From an uncultured Acidimicrobiales bacterium (GTDB taxonomy: Bacteria > Actinomycetota > Acidimicrobiia > Acidimicrobiales > SZUA-35), in contig CAWCAF010000016.1 in the NCBI GenBank assembly GCA_963793385.1, positions 33,164-97,163 on the forward strand: DNA of 64,000 bases. The letters are read 5' to 3'. The notes under the pieces were generated by a model that saw nothing but the letters and a program-made list of their open reading frames with translations, was not told the origin of the DNA and did no database searches. Below, piece by piece: positions 29,842 to 42,662 of this stretch (its first letter is position 1; each line of letters starts with the position of its first letter). The position numbers were made by a program, and so were the translations under genes.

Positions 29842-30804
29842 ATGAAGGCCATCCAGATCGACAAGACCGGCGGACCCGAGGTACTCCAGTGGGTCGACGT
29901 CGACGAACCGTCACCGGCCACGGGAGAGGTCCTGGTCAACGTCGCAGCCGCTGGTGTCAACTTCATCGACACCTACCAGCGCACCGGTCTGTACCCCGTT
30001 CCTCTGCCCTACGTCCTGGGGATGGAAGGCGCCGGCACGGTCGCCGAAGTCGGCGACGAAGTCGAGGGAATCGCCATCGGCTCGGTCGTGGCCTGGACCT
30101 CCAATCCCGGCAGTTACGCCGAGCGGGTCGTCGCCCACGCCGACCAGACGGTGAGCGTGCCCGACTCGGTGGATCCCGAAACCGCCGCTGCGGTGATGCT
30201 CCAGGGGATGACGGCCCACTACCTGGTCACCGACACGTTCCCGCTGGCGACCGGCGACAAATGCCTCATCCACGCCGGAGCCGGAGGCGTCGGACTCCTG
30301 TTGATCCAACTGGCCACGATGATCGGGGCCGAGGTCTTCACCACGGTCGGAACACCGGAGAAGGCCGAACTGGCGAAGGCGGCCGGAGCCGATCACGTCA
30401 TCCTCTACCGTGACGTCGATTTCGGTGACGAGGTCGAAAGGATCGCCGGCGAACGGGCGCTCGATGTGGTCTACGACGGGGTGGGTCAGTCGGTTTTCCG
30501 GCGCAGCCTCTCGTTGCTTCGAGCCCGCGGGACCATGGCGACCTTCGGCAATGCCTCGGGTCCGGTCGAGCCGATCAGCCCGCTCGAGTTGGCACCGTCG
30601 CTCTATCTGACCCGTCCGAGCCTGTTCCACCACATCGCCACCAGGGACGACCTGGTCCGCCGCAGCGGCGATCTGTTCAGCTGGATCGCCGACGGCAAAC
30701 TCGACGTCCGCATCGGTGCCCGTCTGCCGATGAGCGAGGCGGCCGAGGCCCACCGCATGCTCGAAGGGCGCCAGACCACCGGCAAGGTGATCCTGGTCAA
30801 CTAG
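29842..30804 (+). CDS. qor: NADPH:quinone oxidoreductase (zeta-crystallin/MDR family)
   Basis: Intact ORF with 'MKAIQIDKTGGPEVLQWVDVDEPSPATGEVLVNVAAAGVNFIDTYQRTGLYP...IHAGAGGVGLLLIQLA...GKVILV'. Confidence 0.88.
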   Translation: MKAIQIDKTGGPEVLQWVDVDEPSPATGEVLVNVAAAGVNFIDTYQRTGLYPVPLPYVLGMEGAGTVAEVGDEVEGIAIGSVVAWTSNPGSYAERVVAHADQTVSVPDSVDPETAAAVMLQGMTAHYLVTDTFPLATGDKCLIHAGAGGVGLLLIQLATMIGAEVFTTVGTPEKAELAKAAGADHVILYRDVDFGDEVERIAGERALDVVYDGVGQSVFRRSLSLLRARGTMATFGNASGPVEPISPLELAPSLYLTRPSLFHHIATRDDLVRRSGDLFSWIADGKLDVRIGARLPMSEAAEAHRMLEGRQTTGKVILVN

Positions 30805-31210
30805 GACAACACGCCGTCCCGCCGTCGGGAACCACGAGGTTGTCGAGCTGCTCGGCGTCGCCGGTCTTGACGTACCACTCCCACTCGCTGTCCGGTCCCA
30901 CCACCCAGGTCTCGGTCTTGGCGGCATAGCAGCAAAGGGTGTCGTCGACCCCGGTCGTCGTCAGCCCCGAACCGGTGAGGCGATGCTCAGCGGCCGTAAC
31001 CTGTTCGGCCACGTCCACCTCGACACCGAGATGGTTGAGCGTGCCGCCGGCTCCATCACCGGCGAACAGCACGAGTTTCAGCGGTGGATCGGCGATCTCG
31101 AAGTTGGCGTAGCCGGGCCGTACCTTGGCGACCCGGGTGTCGAACATCTTTTCGTAGAAGTCGATCGACCGTTCGAGATCGGTCACGTTGAGGGCCAGTT
31201 GGACACGCAT
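30797..31210 (-). CDS. ArsI/CadI-family VOC metalloenzyme (C-As lyase / cadmium-induced protein family)
   Basis: Intact ORF with 'MRVQLALNVTDLERSIDFYEKMF...NHLGVEV...DDTLCCYAAKTETWVVGPD..WEWYV'. It has a vicinal Cys pair and a Cys-rich C-terminus 'TACCPS'. It is divergent from an ArsR gene. Confidence 0.75.
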   Translation of the reverse strand: MRVQLALNVTDLERSIDFYEKMFDTRVAKVRPGYANFEIADPPLKLVLFAGDGAGGTLNHLGVEVDVAEQVTAAEHRLTGSGLTTTGVDDTLCCYAAKTETWVVGPDSEWEWYVKTGDAEQLDNLVVPDGGTACCPS

Positions 31211-31233
31211 ACGTCCTGCTTTCGTTTCGATGA

Positions 31234-31262
31234 TTGTCGATACGTTAACAACATATCGACAA
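31234..31262. promoter_or_regulatory. Candidate ArsR/SmtB operator: perfect 9-bp inverted repeat in an AT-richer divergent promoter
   Basis: TTGTCGATA (31234-31242) - 11 nt - TATCGACAA (31254-31262), plus a direct 'ATACGTT' repeat (31240-31246 and 31268-31274). It lies in the 81-bp gap between the ArsI/CadI start (31210) and the ArsR start (31292). Confidence 0.6.
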
Positions 31263-31291
31263 ATGTCAATACGTTGGACTACGATCTTCCC

Positions 31292-31609
31292 ATGGCCCCG
31301 TCACCTGACCTGTGCTGTTCTCCGTTGTCGTCCGAGGCGCTCAGCGCCGACGGTGCCGAGGAGCTGGCCGCGCTGCTCAAGGCGCTGGCCGACCCCGTCC
31401 GGCTCCGCCTGGTGAACATGATTGCAACCGGTGGCGATGCCTGCGCCTGCGACTTTCCGGCTGCGCTGGGCAAGAGCCAGCCGACGGTCAGCCACCACCT
31501 CACCCAACTGGTGAAGGCAGGTATTCTCGAAAGGGAACAGCGGGGCAAGTGGGCCTGGTTCACGGTGAATCCGGCCCGTCTGGCCGCCATACGGACCGCT
31601 CTGGGCTGA
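31292..31609 (+). CDS. ArsR/SmtB family metalloregulatory transcriptional repressor
   Basis: 'LLKALADPVRLRLVNMIATGGDACACDFPAALGKSQPTVSHHLTQLVKAGILEREQRGKWAWF' shows the wHTH with an alpha3 C-x-C pair. The N-terminus has 'LCCSP'. Confidence 0.88.
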   Translation: MAPSPDLCCSPLSSEALSADGAEELAALLKALADPVRLRLVNMIATGGDACACDFPAALGKSQPTVSHHLTQLVKAGILEREQRGKWAWFTVNPARLAAIRTALG

Positions 31610-31616
31610 GGGCAGG

Positions 31617-32946
31617 TCAGAGCGTGAACCGCATCTCCTCGACCAGCGCGCCGGGAAGATGGAAGCTGCCGGTCGATCGGGCACCGTAACTCATCGGATC
31701 CAGGCGCACCTCGGCCTCATCGGTCAAGGCGACCAGCCGGTCGCCGAGCAGGTGGTAGGCGGTGTCGTCGAAGCGCATCACGTTCACCGGAGCGACGATC
31801 TCGCCGCCTTCGACCCAGAACGTGGCGAAGCGGGTCATCCCGGTGGTGCGGCACGCCGACGGATCCGAGTAGTTCAAATACCATAGATTCCCCACATACA
31901 GCCCGGTTCCGAGCGCATCGAGCACAGCCTCGGAGCACAGGGATCCCGGTTCCAGGGACAGCGACTCGGGCATCTCGGAAGATTCGGCACCGTTGGTGGG
32001 CACGTCGTACTCCCGGGCCGACCTCGGCGAGACCAGATGACCGACATGAGCACCGTGGTCGATCAGCGTCACGGAGTCGGGTCGACGGAATCCCTGGGAC
32101 TGGAAGTCGGGAGCGACGCCGCCGGCGGTGGCCTCGGCGATCGTGATCTGATCAGAGAGTGCGGCTTGGCCGGACATGAGTTTGAGCAGCGGGGTCCGCT
32201 TGGTTCGATGGGCGGCAAGACCGAAGGCCGAATAGGCCAGAAGCGACATGATCTCCTCGACCGCAGCAGGAGCGAGATAGGTGCGATACCCGGACGGATC
32301 CACGGTGATCGGGGGTCGTTTCAGGACTTCGGCTTGCTCGATCGACCACTGGATCTTGCGACCGAAGGCATCGTCGTTCCACGAGAGACCGGCATAACCG
32401 TTCTTGACCGCCTTGTCGGTCTGAAGGTAGAGGGACCAGTCCAGGTTGAATGTGCTGGCCGACGACCAGTTGCGCTGCCCGAGAGAGTTGGCGAAGGCTC
32501 GCACGATTTCGCCGGTGGCGAGGACACCGACGAGATCACGGCCCTTGGCCGCGGACCGAATGCGCTCGACCGCTCCCGCGGTGTCCGGAAGCGAGCTGTC
32601 GGTGATCTTCTCACTGCTGAACGGATCGGAGTTGAACGCCAGGTAGGGGTCATCGGGCACGAGCTTCAGCTGCTCGCGAAGCGTCGAGAGCAGTCGACCC
32701 GAGCCTGTGTCGATCCACATCGGCAGCACCGCTGAAGGGAACCGATGCCGAACAGTGGCGGCGATCATCGATCAACTCGATCGAGATGTCCTGCTGATGG
32801 ATCGATCCGGCCTGGCGCACATCGCCATGGTTGAACCGGACGAAGTCGGTCGTCTCTCCCACCAGCGAGGCCAGCAACACCTCCTCGCCCTGGAGTTGGC
32901 CGGTCGCCCAGCTCACGAGATCGTCGAATGCAGCGCGGGTGCTCAC
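31617..32946 (-). CDS. pmbA: PmbA/TldE-family metalloprotease partner (one frame break near ~32700)
   Basis: ORFs 32650..32985 and 31617..32768 are collinear, with '...LYVGNLWYLNYSDPSACRTTGMTRFATFWVEGGEIVAPVNVMRFDD'. The GTG start at 32946 overlaps the tldD stop (GTGA). Confidence 0.75.
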
Positions 32947-34389
32947 GATTCGCCGCCGAAGACGTCGACCGAGCGGAACAGGCACGGGGGTGACGCGTGG
33001 CCGGTGCCGATCATCTGATTCAGTTCACCTTTACCGCAGTTCGGAGTTCCCATGACCGTGAACGTGGACGCGGTCACCCACACCGTCGAGGCTGCGCCAG
33101 AAGGTGGAGGAGATGCCCCGGTAACTGGGGTTGCGAACCGTCGAGGTGAGCTGGCCGTCTTCGATCAACCGGCCGTACTCGCAGGAGAACTGGAACTTGT
33201 TGCGGCTGTCATCGATCGACCACGAGCTGTTCGTCTGGAGGTACACCCCCCGTTCGACCGAACCGACGAGGGCGTCGAAGCTCATGTCACCGGGTTCGAC
33301 GTTCAGGTTTGCCATCCGGTCGATCGGTGGCCGGTTCCATGAGCAGGCTCGGCTGCTGGCCACGCCGTCGAGGCCGGCCCGACGGCCCGAGGCGGTGCCG
33401 CCCAGGGGACGCTGGAGGATGCCATCGGCGATGAGATGGTGTCGCTGGGCAGGTGTGCCGTCGTCGTCGAAGGCGTAGCTGGCCAGCTGGCCGGGCACGG
33501 TGGGATCGAAGGTGACGTTGAGCCTGTCGGACCCGTAGCGGAAGGATCCGAACATGTCGGCGGTGACGAAACTCGTGCCGGCGTAGTTGCGCTCGTCACC
33601 GAGGATGCGGTCGAGCTCGAGCGGATGCCCGATCGACTCGTGGATCTGGAGGATCATCTGGTCCGGTGCCAGTACCACGTCCATCACCCCGGTTGGACAG
33701 TTGGGGGCGTCGAGCAGTTCGAGCGCCTCGGCGGCGATGCGGGAGGCGGCGTCGCCGAACCCGTATCGGTCGAGAAGTTCGAGGCCACCCTGGCCGCAGA
33801 AGGATCCACGCCCGAACGTGCGGGTCTGGGTATTGGTGCCTTCGTTGGCGGTCGCCCGCAGTCCGGGGTACACGAAGCGGAACCGCTGTTCCACCCTTCC
33901 GCCGCCGGAGGTGAGCAAGAGCGTGTCCACCCGGCGGTGGGTCAGGGATGCGGCCCAATCGACGATGCGATCGTCGCTCCCGAGACGCTGCGATTGCTGC
34001 TGGAGGAGCTCCAGCCGGTCGGGCAGATCGGTCACCAGAATCGGTCGTTCGACCGGCGTGATGTAGGTCCCGGTCGGGTGACCGAAGGGTGGTTCGCTGA
34101 TCACGCCGATGCCCGCGGTCGCCGCCGCCCAGCGACGGGCATCGTCGACGGCAGCGGACAGCCCGGCGTCGCTGAGATCGTTGGTGGCGCCATAGCCGAG
34201 TCCGCCGTCGTGCCAGATCGAGAACATGATGCCGACGTCGAACAGGGTGCTGGGTGGACGAACCACGTTGCGTTCGACGACCAGGGACTCGGCGGTCTCG
34301 TCAACGAGCCGAACCGACGCATACTCCACGTCGGTCGGCAGGAATTGCCGGAGACGCTCCTCGAGGCCCACGTCATCGGTGATGGTCAC
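32943..34389 (-). CDS. tldD: TldD-family metalloprotease (one frame break near ~33075)
   Basis: 'VVLAPDQMILQIHESIGHPLELDRILGDERNYAGTSF' contains the HExxxH metal site. After the break, hand translation gives the C-terminus 'FTVMGTPNCGKGELNQMIGTGHASPPCLFRSVDVFGGES*', with its stop at 32943-32945. Confidence 0.85.
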
Positions 34390-34398
34390 GGTCCGAGC

Positions 34399-35505
34399 CT
34401 AGAGGAACGGCAACGACGTGATCTCGGCGCTTCGCCGGCCCCTGATACTGTCGATCTCGACGTCCCCGCCGGACTCGACCACAAGTCGTTCGATTTGAGC
34501 GATACCGATCGTGCGGCCCAGGCGAGGCGACCGGACGACCGCCGACAGCGTGCCAACCTCACGTTCGCCCAACCACACCGGTCGACGCTCGGGGAGCATC
34601 CACCGATCGCTCGGTTCGTCGTCGATGAGAAGCCCGACCATCAGACGGGCGGGCCCTTCCTCGGCCACACGCTGCAGGGCGGGTTTCCCGATGAAGTCGA
34701 CGTCGGTGTCGACGGTGACGAATCGTCCCATCAACGCCTCGAATGGGTTGGACTCCGGCGTGGTGTCACCGCCCCAGGACAGCAGCCCGCTCTCCACCCG
34801 TTCAACGTGATTGGGTGCCCCCGGGCCGATGCCGTACTTCTCCCCCGCCGAGGCCACCCGATCCCACAACTCGACTCCACGGCCGCCGTCCTGGAGAAAC
34901 AGCTCGTAGCCGCCCTGTTTGCTCCACCCGGACCGACACAGGACCACCGGGATTCCGTCGAGAGCGGTCTCGGTGAACCAGAAATGCTTGAGCGCCCGGA
35001 TCCGATCGTCGAACAGGTCGGACACCACATCGACCGCTCGGGGACCCTGGATGGCGAGCGGCGACACGTCCGGTTCGCTGACCTGCACGTCGAAACCCCG
35101 CTCGGCCGCGACCGCCTGGACCCACAGCAACATCGGGTTGTCGGCGATCGAGAACCAGTAGCGTCCGCCCGAGAGCTTGAGCAGCACGGGGTCGTTGAGG
35201 ATACGGCCGACGTGGTCGCACATCGCCACGTACTTGCCCTGACCCTCCACCATGCCGGTCAGATCCCGTGAGGTCAGGTACTGAACGCATTCGGCCGCAT
35301 CTGGACCCTCCACCTGAACCTGACGTTCGGCTGCCACGTCCCACATGGACACCCCTTTGAGAAGCCGGTCGTACTCGGCGTCGAGATCGCCGTAGCTCAG
35401 CGGCATCAGCATCCGGTTGTAGAGGGTCCACTGGGTCACCCCGGCGGCAACGGTCGCCTCGTAGTAGGGCGAGCGACTGAATCGCGGGCTCTGTACCACT
35501 TCCAC
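34399..35505 (-). CDS. Aminomethyltransferase (GcvT/DmdA) family protein
   Basis: Intact ORF with 'RSPYYEATVAAGVTQWTLYNRMLMPLSY...MWDVAAERQVQVEGPDA...LAIQGPRAVDV...GWSKQGGYELF'. The GTG start at 35505 is preferred, but the ORF is open upstream to 35592. Confidence 0.8.
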   Translation of the reverse strand: MEVVQSPRFSRSPYYEATVAAGVTQWTLYNRMLMPLSYGDLDAEYDRLLKGVSMWDVAAERQVQVEGPDAAECVQYLTSRDLTGMVEGQGKYVAMCDHVGRILNDPVLLKLSGGRYWFSIADNPMLLWVQAVAAERGFDVQVSEPDVSPLAIQGPRAVDVVSDLFDDRIRALKHFWFTETALDGIPVVLCRSGWSKQGGYELFLQDGGRGVELWDRVASAGEKYGIGPGAPNHVERVESGLLSWGGDTTPESNPFEALMGRFVTVDTDVDFIGKPALQRVAEEGPARLMVGLLIDDEPSDRWMLPERRPVWLGEREVGTLSAVVRSPRLGRTIGIAQIERLVVESGGDVEIDSIRGRRSAEITSLPFL

Positions 35506-35775
35506 GCGCCGATTGTGGCCGGGGACGAGCCTCGGCGCACGAACAACAACCAAATCACGAACGAGTGCTCCAATCAGGTGGGGGGCCGTCATCGACCTAG
35601 ATGGGTGGTCGGAAACACATGCCGGTCCCAGGATGACGATCCATGCGCCGACATCGCGTCCTCACTTCCGTCATTCCGCTCACGAGGAGTGCCGAAATCT
35701 GCGTCCTCGTGTGAACTGCGTCTCGCCGCCCCGAGCCTCAACGGCATTCCCGACCACCCAACTAGGGTTCGACCG

Positions 35776-36264
35776 ATGAACGAGTCGCTGAAAGGGTGGG
35801 CTTGGGTCGGCGCCCAGTTCGTACTCCTGGGGCTGGTGATCCTCCTGCCGGCCGGAGACGATTGGAGCCGTCCCGGGTGGCTTCGCACGATCGGTTTGCT
35901 CATCAACCTCAGTGGCCTGGCGTTGTTCGCACTGGGGGTGAAGGGTCTGGGGCGTTCGCTCACCGCCACTCCAGTGCCTCTCGAGAGGGGTGAACTTCAA
36001 ACCGGCGGTCTGTACCGCTTCATGCGACATCCGATCTACGCCGCGGTGATCCTGATCATCGTGGGGATCTCGATCGGATCGGGAAGCATCGTTCGGGCCG
36101 CCATCGGGGCGGGCACGATCGTCTTCTTCAACGCCAAGGCGCGCTGGGAGGAACGTCGGTTGGCACAGACCTACCCGGCGTACGCGTCCTACGCATCGGT
36201 CGTGCCTCGTTTCGTTCCGCGGCCTGTCCGCCTCGGGAGCCGGGTTCGGTCTGGAGAGGTGTAA
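35776..36264 (+). CDS. Isoprenylcysteine carboxyl methyltransferase (ICMT)/phospholipid methyltransferase family membrane protein
   Basis: From the ATG at 35776 the protein has multiple TM segments and 'LQTGGLYRFMRHPIYAAVILII...ARWEERRLAQTYPAYASY'. Confidence 0.75.
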   Translation: MNESLKGWAWVGAQFVLLGLVILLPAGDDWSRPGWLRTIGLLINLSGLALFALGVKGLGRSLTATPVPLERGELQTGGLYRFMRHPIYAAVILIIVGISIGSGSIVRAAIGAGTIVFFNAKARWEERRLAQTYPAYASYASVVPRFVPRPVRLGSRVRSGEV

Positions 36265-36286
36265 GGCCGACTCCAAGGCCTACGTT

Positions 36287-37741
36287 GTGGCGATGGATAT
36301 TTCGGAATTGACGGCGACGGCAGCGGTCGAACTGCTCGGATCCGGTGAGGTGTCGAGCGTCGAACTCCTCCGCGCCCACCTCGACGTCGTCGAAGACCAC
36401 AACGAGGCGGTGAACGCCGTCGTCGCCCAGAACATCGAGGCGGCAATGGAGCTAAGCAGCCCACGCCGATGCCACCCGGGCCGCCGGCGGGGACCTCGGC
36501 CCTCTCCGCGGGGTCGCCGATGACGGTCAAGGACACGTACGAGACCATCGGCATCACGACCACCAGCGGTGCTTCGACCCTGGCCGAACACGTGCCCGAT
36601 GTGGACGCCGATGCCGATCCAGGCGATCAAGGGCGCCGGCGGCATCGTCTACGGCAAGACCAATGTCCCGCTCTTCGCAGGGGATCATCAGACCTACAAC
36701 GAGGTGTACGGGCTCACCCGGAATCCATGGGACCTCGAACGCTCGGCGGGCGGGTCCTCGGGCGGGGCCGCCGCAGCCGTGGCACTCGGCATGTCGCTGG
36801 CAGAAGTCGGAAGCGACATCGGCGGCAGCGTGCGGCAGCCGGCCCACTTCAACGGTGTCTTCGCTCTGAAGACCACGTATGGGGTCGTCTCGATGCGGGG
36901 CCACATCCCGGGCCCACCCGGAACGTTGAGCGCCGGCGACCTCAGCGTGGTCGGACCGCTCGGGCGCTCGATCGACGACCTTGAACTGGTGCTGAGAACC
37001 CTCTTGGAGGTGGGCGCCTTCGGCGGGATTCCCGGAGCAGCGCTGCCGTCGAGCGGTGGGCGCCCATCGCCGGAAGTGTTGCGGCTGGGACTCTGGTCCG
37101 ACGACGAGATGGCGCCGGTGGCGTCGGTGTGCCGCACGGCGGCCGAGAACGTTGCATCGGCGATGGACACCGCCGGTGCCGACCTCAAGGTCGACTTCGG
37201 AGCGTCGATGCCGAGCAGGGAGCTCCACGTCGCCTACCTCGGTCTGCTGTGGCCACAGATGGGCGCCGGACTGCCCCGATCGATCTGGAGTCGATTGGAG
37301 GGCGAGGCGAGGTCGGCGGCCCAGGACAGCCTGGCAGCCGTGCCCGCCCGGCTGATGACGGAGAGTCATCGGGAGTGGCTGAAGTTCAACGAGCGCCGGG
37401 CGCACGCTCAGGCGGGCTGGGCGTCGACGTTCGAGAACCTCGATGCGGTGATCATGCCGGTGGCGCCGACCCAAGCCTTCCCCCACAACATCGAGGCGTC
37501 CTACGCCCAGCGGATCGTCGACGTCGACGGCATCGACCGGCCCTACATGGACACGTTGTTCTGGGCCGGGCTCGCCACGATGCCCGGCCTGCCGTCCGTG
37601 GCGATTCCGACCGGCGTCGTGAACGGGCTGCCGGTGGGCGTGCAGATCGTCGGACCTCGCTACAGCGACTTCCGGCTGCTCGACATCGCCAGCACGATCT
37701 GTGAGGTCACCGGCGCCGGTTTCGTCCCGCCCCCGGGGTGA
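36287..37741 (+). CDS. Amidase (amidase-signature family); at least 2 frame breaks between ~36450 and ~36620
   Basis: 'MTVKDTYETIGITTTSGA', 'GKTNVPLFAGDHQTYNEVYGLTRNPWDLERSAGGSSGGAAAAVALGMSLAEVGSDIGGSVRQPA' (the GGSSGG signature), with a long intact C-terminal part. Confidence 0.88.
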
Positions 37742-37750
37742 GTTGACGGT

Positions 37751-38711
37751 CTAACTCCACAGCGTGACGTGCACGCTGGGCCGGAAACGGGAAAGGGCGG
37801 CCGCCGACCCCGACAGCGTGGCCTGCAGCGCCCGGGGTGTGGTGACGAAGCGCAGGAGTTCGGCCGCCGCCGGGGTCAGCTGCGGCCGATCGATCACGTA
37901 GGCCGTCCACGTGCCGTGGCCGTCGAGCGCGGGAAGGCCCACCTCCACCAGGGATCCGGCCCGCAGTTCGGCGGCGACCCGATGGGCCAACGCAAACGCC
38001 GAGGCCCGAACCCGACCGGGCCTCTGCCAGGGCCGCTTCGCTGCTCTGGAAGACCAGCTGGCGATCCTCGGGCACCCGGAGTGCGGTGAGGATCCGATGG
38101 GTGACCGCCCCGTCGTCCACCGCCGAAGGTCCCAGGAACCAGTTGTGCCGGCCGGCCTCGGCCGGGGTGATCCTGTGACCGGCGAGGCGATGGCGGCGGG
38201 CGACGACCGGGACGATCTGGTAGCGCACGAAGGGCACCGAGGCGATCGAGCCGAGGTCTCGGTCCCAACCTCGGTCCGATCGCCAGGTCGACGCTCCGAT
38301 GGGCCAGCAGCTCGGCGAACCGATCCGGAGGGTGCACCGCCAGCTCGACCCGCAGATCCCTGGCCCGGGTGGTGAACGCCTCGATCAGTCCCGGTGCGGA
38401 GTATTCGGCAAAGAGCGACGAGACCGCCAGCCGGAGCAGTCGCTCACCGTCGGCCGCCGCGCTCACCTCGGCCCGCGTCTGTTCCTGCAGACCCCAGCAT
38501 CTCGACCGAGCGGGTGGCCAGCCGCAGCCCTCCGGGAGTGAAGACGAGCCCGTTGCCGCCGCGCCGGAACAGAGGATCATCGAGCTCCTTGCGCAGGGAT
38601 GCGATGTGGTTGCTGATCGCCGCCTCGCTCGACCCCCAGCTCCTCCGCAGCGCTCTTGGAGGCGCCGTGCCGGACGACGGTCACGAAGGCGCGGAGCTGG
38701 GTGGGGGTCAT
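37751..38711 (-). CDS. LysR family transcriptional regulator (at least 3 frame breaks), divergent from the cox operon
   Basis: Hand translation from the ATG (complement 38709-38711) gives 'MTPTQLRAFVTVVRHGASKSAAEELGV...', an HTH. Later frames give 'LRLAVSSLFAEYSAPGLIEAFTTRARDLRVELAV' and 'AHRVAAELRAGSLVEV', with a TAG stop at 37751. Confidence 0.75.
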
Positions 38712-38874
38712 CGGCAGGCCGGTGGCGGCGGGAGCATCGCCCAAGCGTCGTCCCGCCGGGGGCGCCGGTCAAATCCTTCCCGCTCGTCGACTTCACCGAA
38801 GGCTGTAGTGACGGTTGACACATCTGCCGGCGATCGACTTGAGTGGGTGGACAGGCCAGGCGAAAGGGAAGAAA

Positions 38875-39754
38875 TTGCAGGTTCCAGCACCGTTTGAATA
38901 CGAGCGGGCCACCAGCGTCGACCACGCCATCGCGCTCATGGAGCGCCTTGGCGACGAGGCACGCATCGTGGCCGGCGGACACAGTCTGCTGCCGATGATG
39001 AAGCTCCGGCTGGCCAATGCCGGAGTATCTGATCGACATCAACGATCTGGTGGACGAGCTCCAGTACATCCGCTTCACCGACGACGAGGTGAGGATCGGG
39101 GCGCTCACCCGCCATCAGCAGCTCCTCGACAGTGACGAGCTGGCCGCGGTGTTCCCGATCTTCCGTGACGCCGAGAAGGTCATCGCCGATCCCGTCGTCC
39201 GCAACAAGGGCACCCTCGGCGGATCGTTGTGCCAGGCCGATCCGTCCGAGGATCTGAGCGCCGTGTGCGATGCGCTCGAAGCCAAATGCGTCATCCGCAA
39301 CAGCTCTGGAGAACGGGTGGTCGAGATGCACGACTTCCACCGGGGCCCGTACGAAACGGCTGTGGAGGACGGCGAGATGCTCACCGAGGTCCGCATCCCG
39401 ATCAAGCCGAACTCGAGCAGCGCCTACCACAAGGTCGAACGACGGGCCGGCGACTGGGCGGTCGCCTCGGCCGGCGCCGCGGTGACCATGAACGGCGAGG
39501 TGATCGCCGACGGCCGGGTCGGTCTGTGCGCGGTCGGGCCGAACCTGACCAACGTCGGGCCGATCTCCGACGCCCTCCGCAACCAGCCACCGTCGGAGGA
39601 GTTGTACGCCCGAGTGGGCGAGCTTGCAGCCGCCAACGCCTCCCCGGCCACCGACACCCGCGGCACCGCCGCCTACAAGACCCACCTCGCCAAGGAGCTG
39701 ACCATCCGATCGCTCCGCAAGGCGGTCGCCCGAGCGACCGGACAGGAGATCTGA
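38875..39754 (+). CDS. coxM: Aerobic CO dehydrogenase medium (FAD-binding) subunit (one frame break near ~39015)
   Basis: 'QVPAPFEYERATSVDHAIALMERLGDEARIVAGGHSLLPMMKLRLA', then 'YLIDINDL...NKGTLGGSLCQADPSEDL...YHKVERRAGDWAVASAGA...RGTAAYKTHLAKELTIRSL'. A TTG start at 38875 follows 'GAAAGGGAAGAAA'. Confidence 0.85.
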
Positions 39755-39755
39755 C

Positions 39756-40246
39756 ATGGAAATCTCGATGAACGTCAACGGAGACGACGTCGTACACGAC
39801 GTCGAACCCCGCACGCTGCTGGTTCACTTCCTCCGCGACCACATGGGCCTCACCGGCACCCACTGGGGATGTGACACCTCCAACTGCGGGACGTGCGTGG
39901 TCTGGGTCGACGAGGAACCGGTCAAGAGTTGCACCCATCTCGCCGCCATGGCAGGGGGACATCGCGTCAAGACCGTGGAAGGTCTGGAAACCGCCGACGG
40001 TCTCGATCCGGTCCAGGAAGGCTTCATCCAGTGCCATGGCCTCCAGTGCGGCTTCTGCACCCCCGGCATGATGATGACCGCTCGGGCTCTGCTCGACCGC
40101 AATCCCGACCCCTCCGAAGAGGTCATACGGGAAGCGATCAGCGGCCAGATCTGCCGGTGCACCGGCTACTCGACCATCATCCGCTCCATCCAATGGGCGG
40201 CAGCCAAAGAGCGGGAAACCTCCGTGTCGCTCGAAGGGAGCGTGGC

Positions 40247-40250
<4 letters not shown>
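39756..40250 (+). CDS. coxS: Aerobic CO dehydrogenase small ([2Fe-2S]) subunit
   Basis: Intact ORF with 'GTHWGCDTSNCGTCVVWVD...SC' and 'QCGFCTPGMMMTA...ICRCTGY'. Confidence 0.92.
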
Positions 40251-42653
<2,403 letters not shown>

Positions 42654-42662
42654 GACGCCGAC

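Noticed and set aside
33436-35271. Very long antisense ORFs. Examples are 33436..35271 (+, 611 aa), 6..674 (+), 6324..7451 (-), 40166..41005 (-), 41093..42457 (-), 47297..48619 (+) and 50315..51286 (+).
   Set aside because: They lie opposite genes with clear family motifs. Their composition is Arg/Gly/Pro/Asp-rich, as expected from translating the wrong strand or frame of very GC-rich coding DNA, and they show no recognisable motifs.
35506-35775. Glycine riboswitch upstream of the GcvT-family gene.
   Set aside because: I read the minus-strand leader looking for the tandem 'GGAGAG ... ACCGAAGGGGCAA' aptamer cores. Only a loose 'GCGCCGAGGCTCG' is present, with no tandem arrangement.
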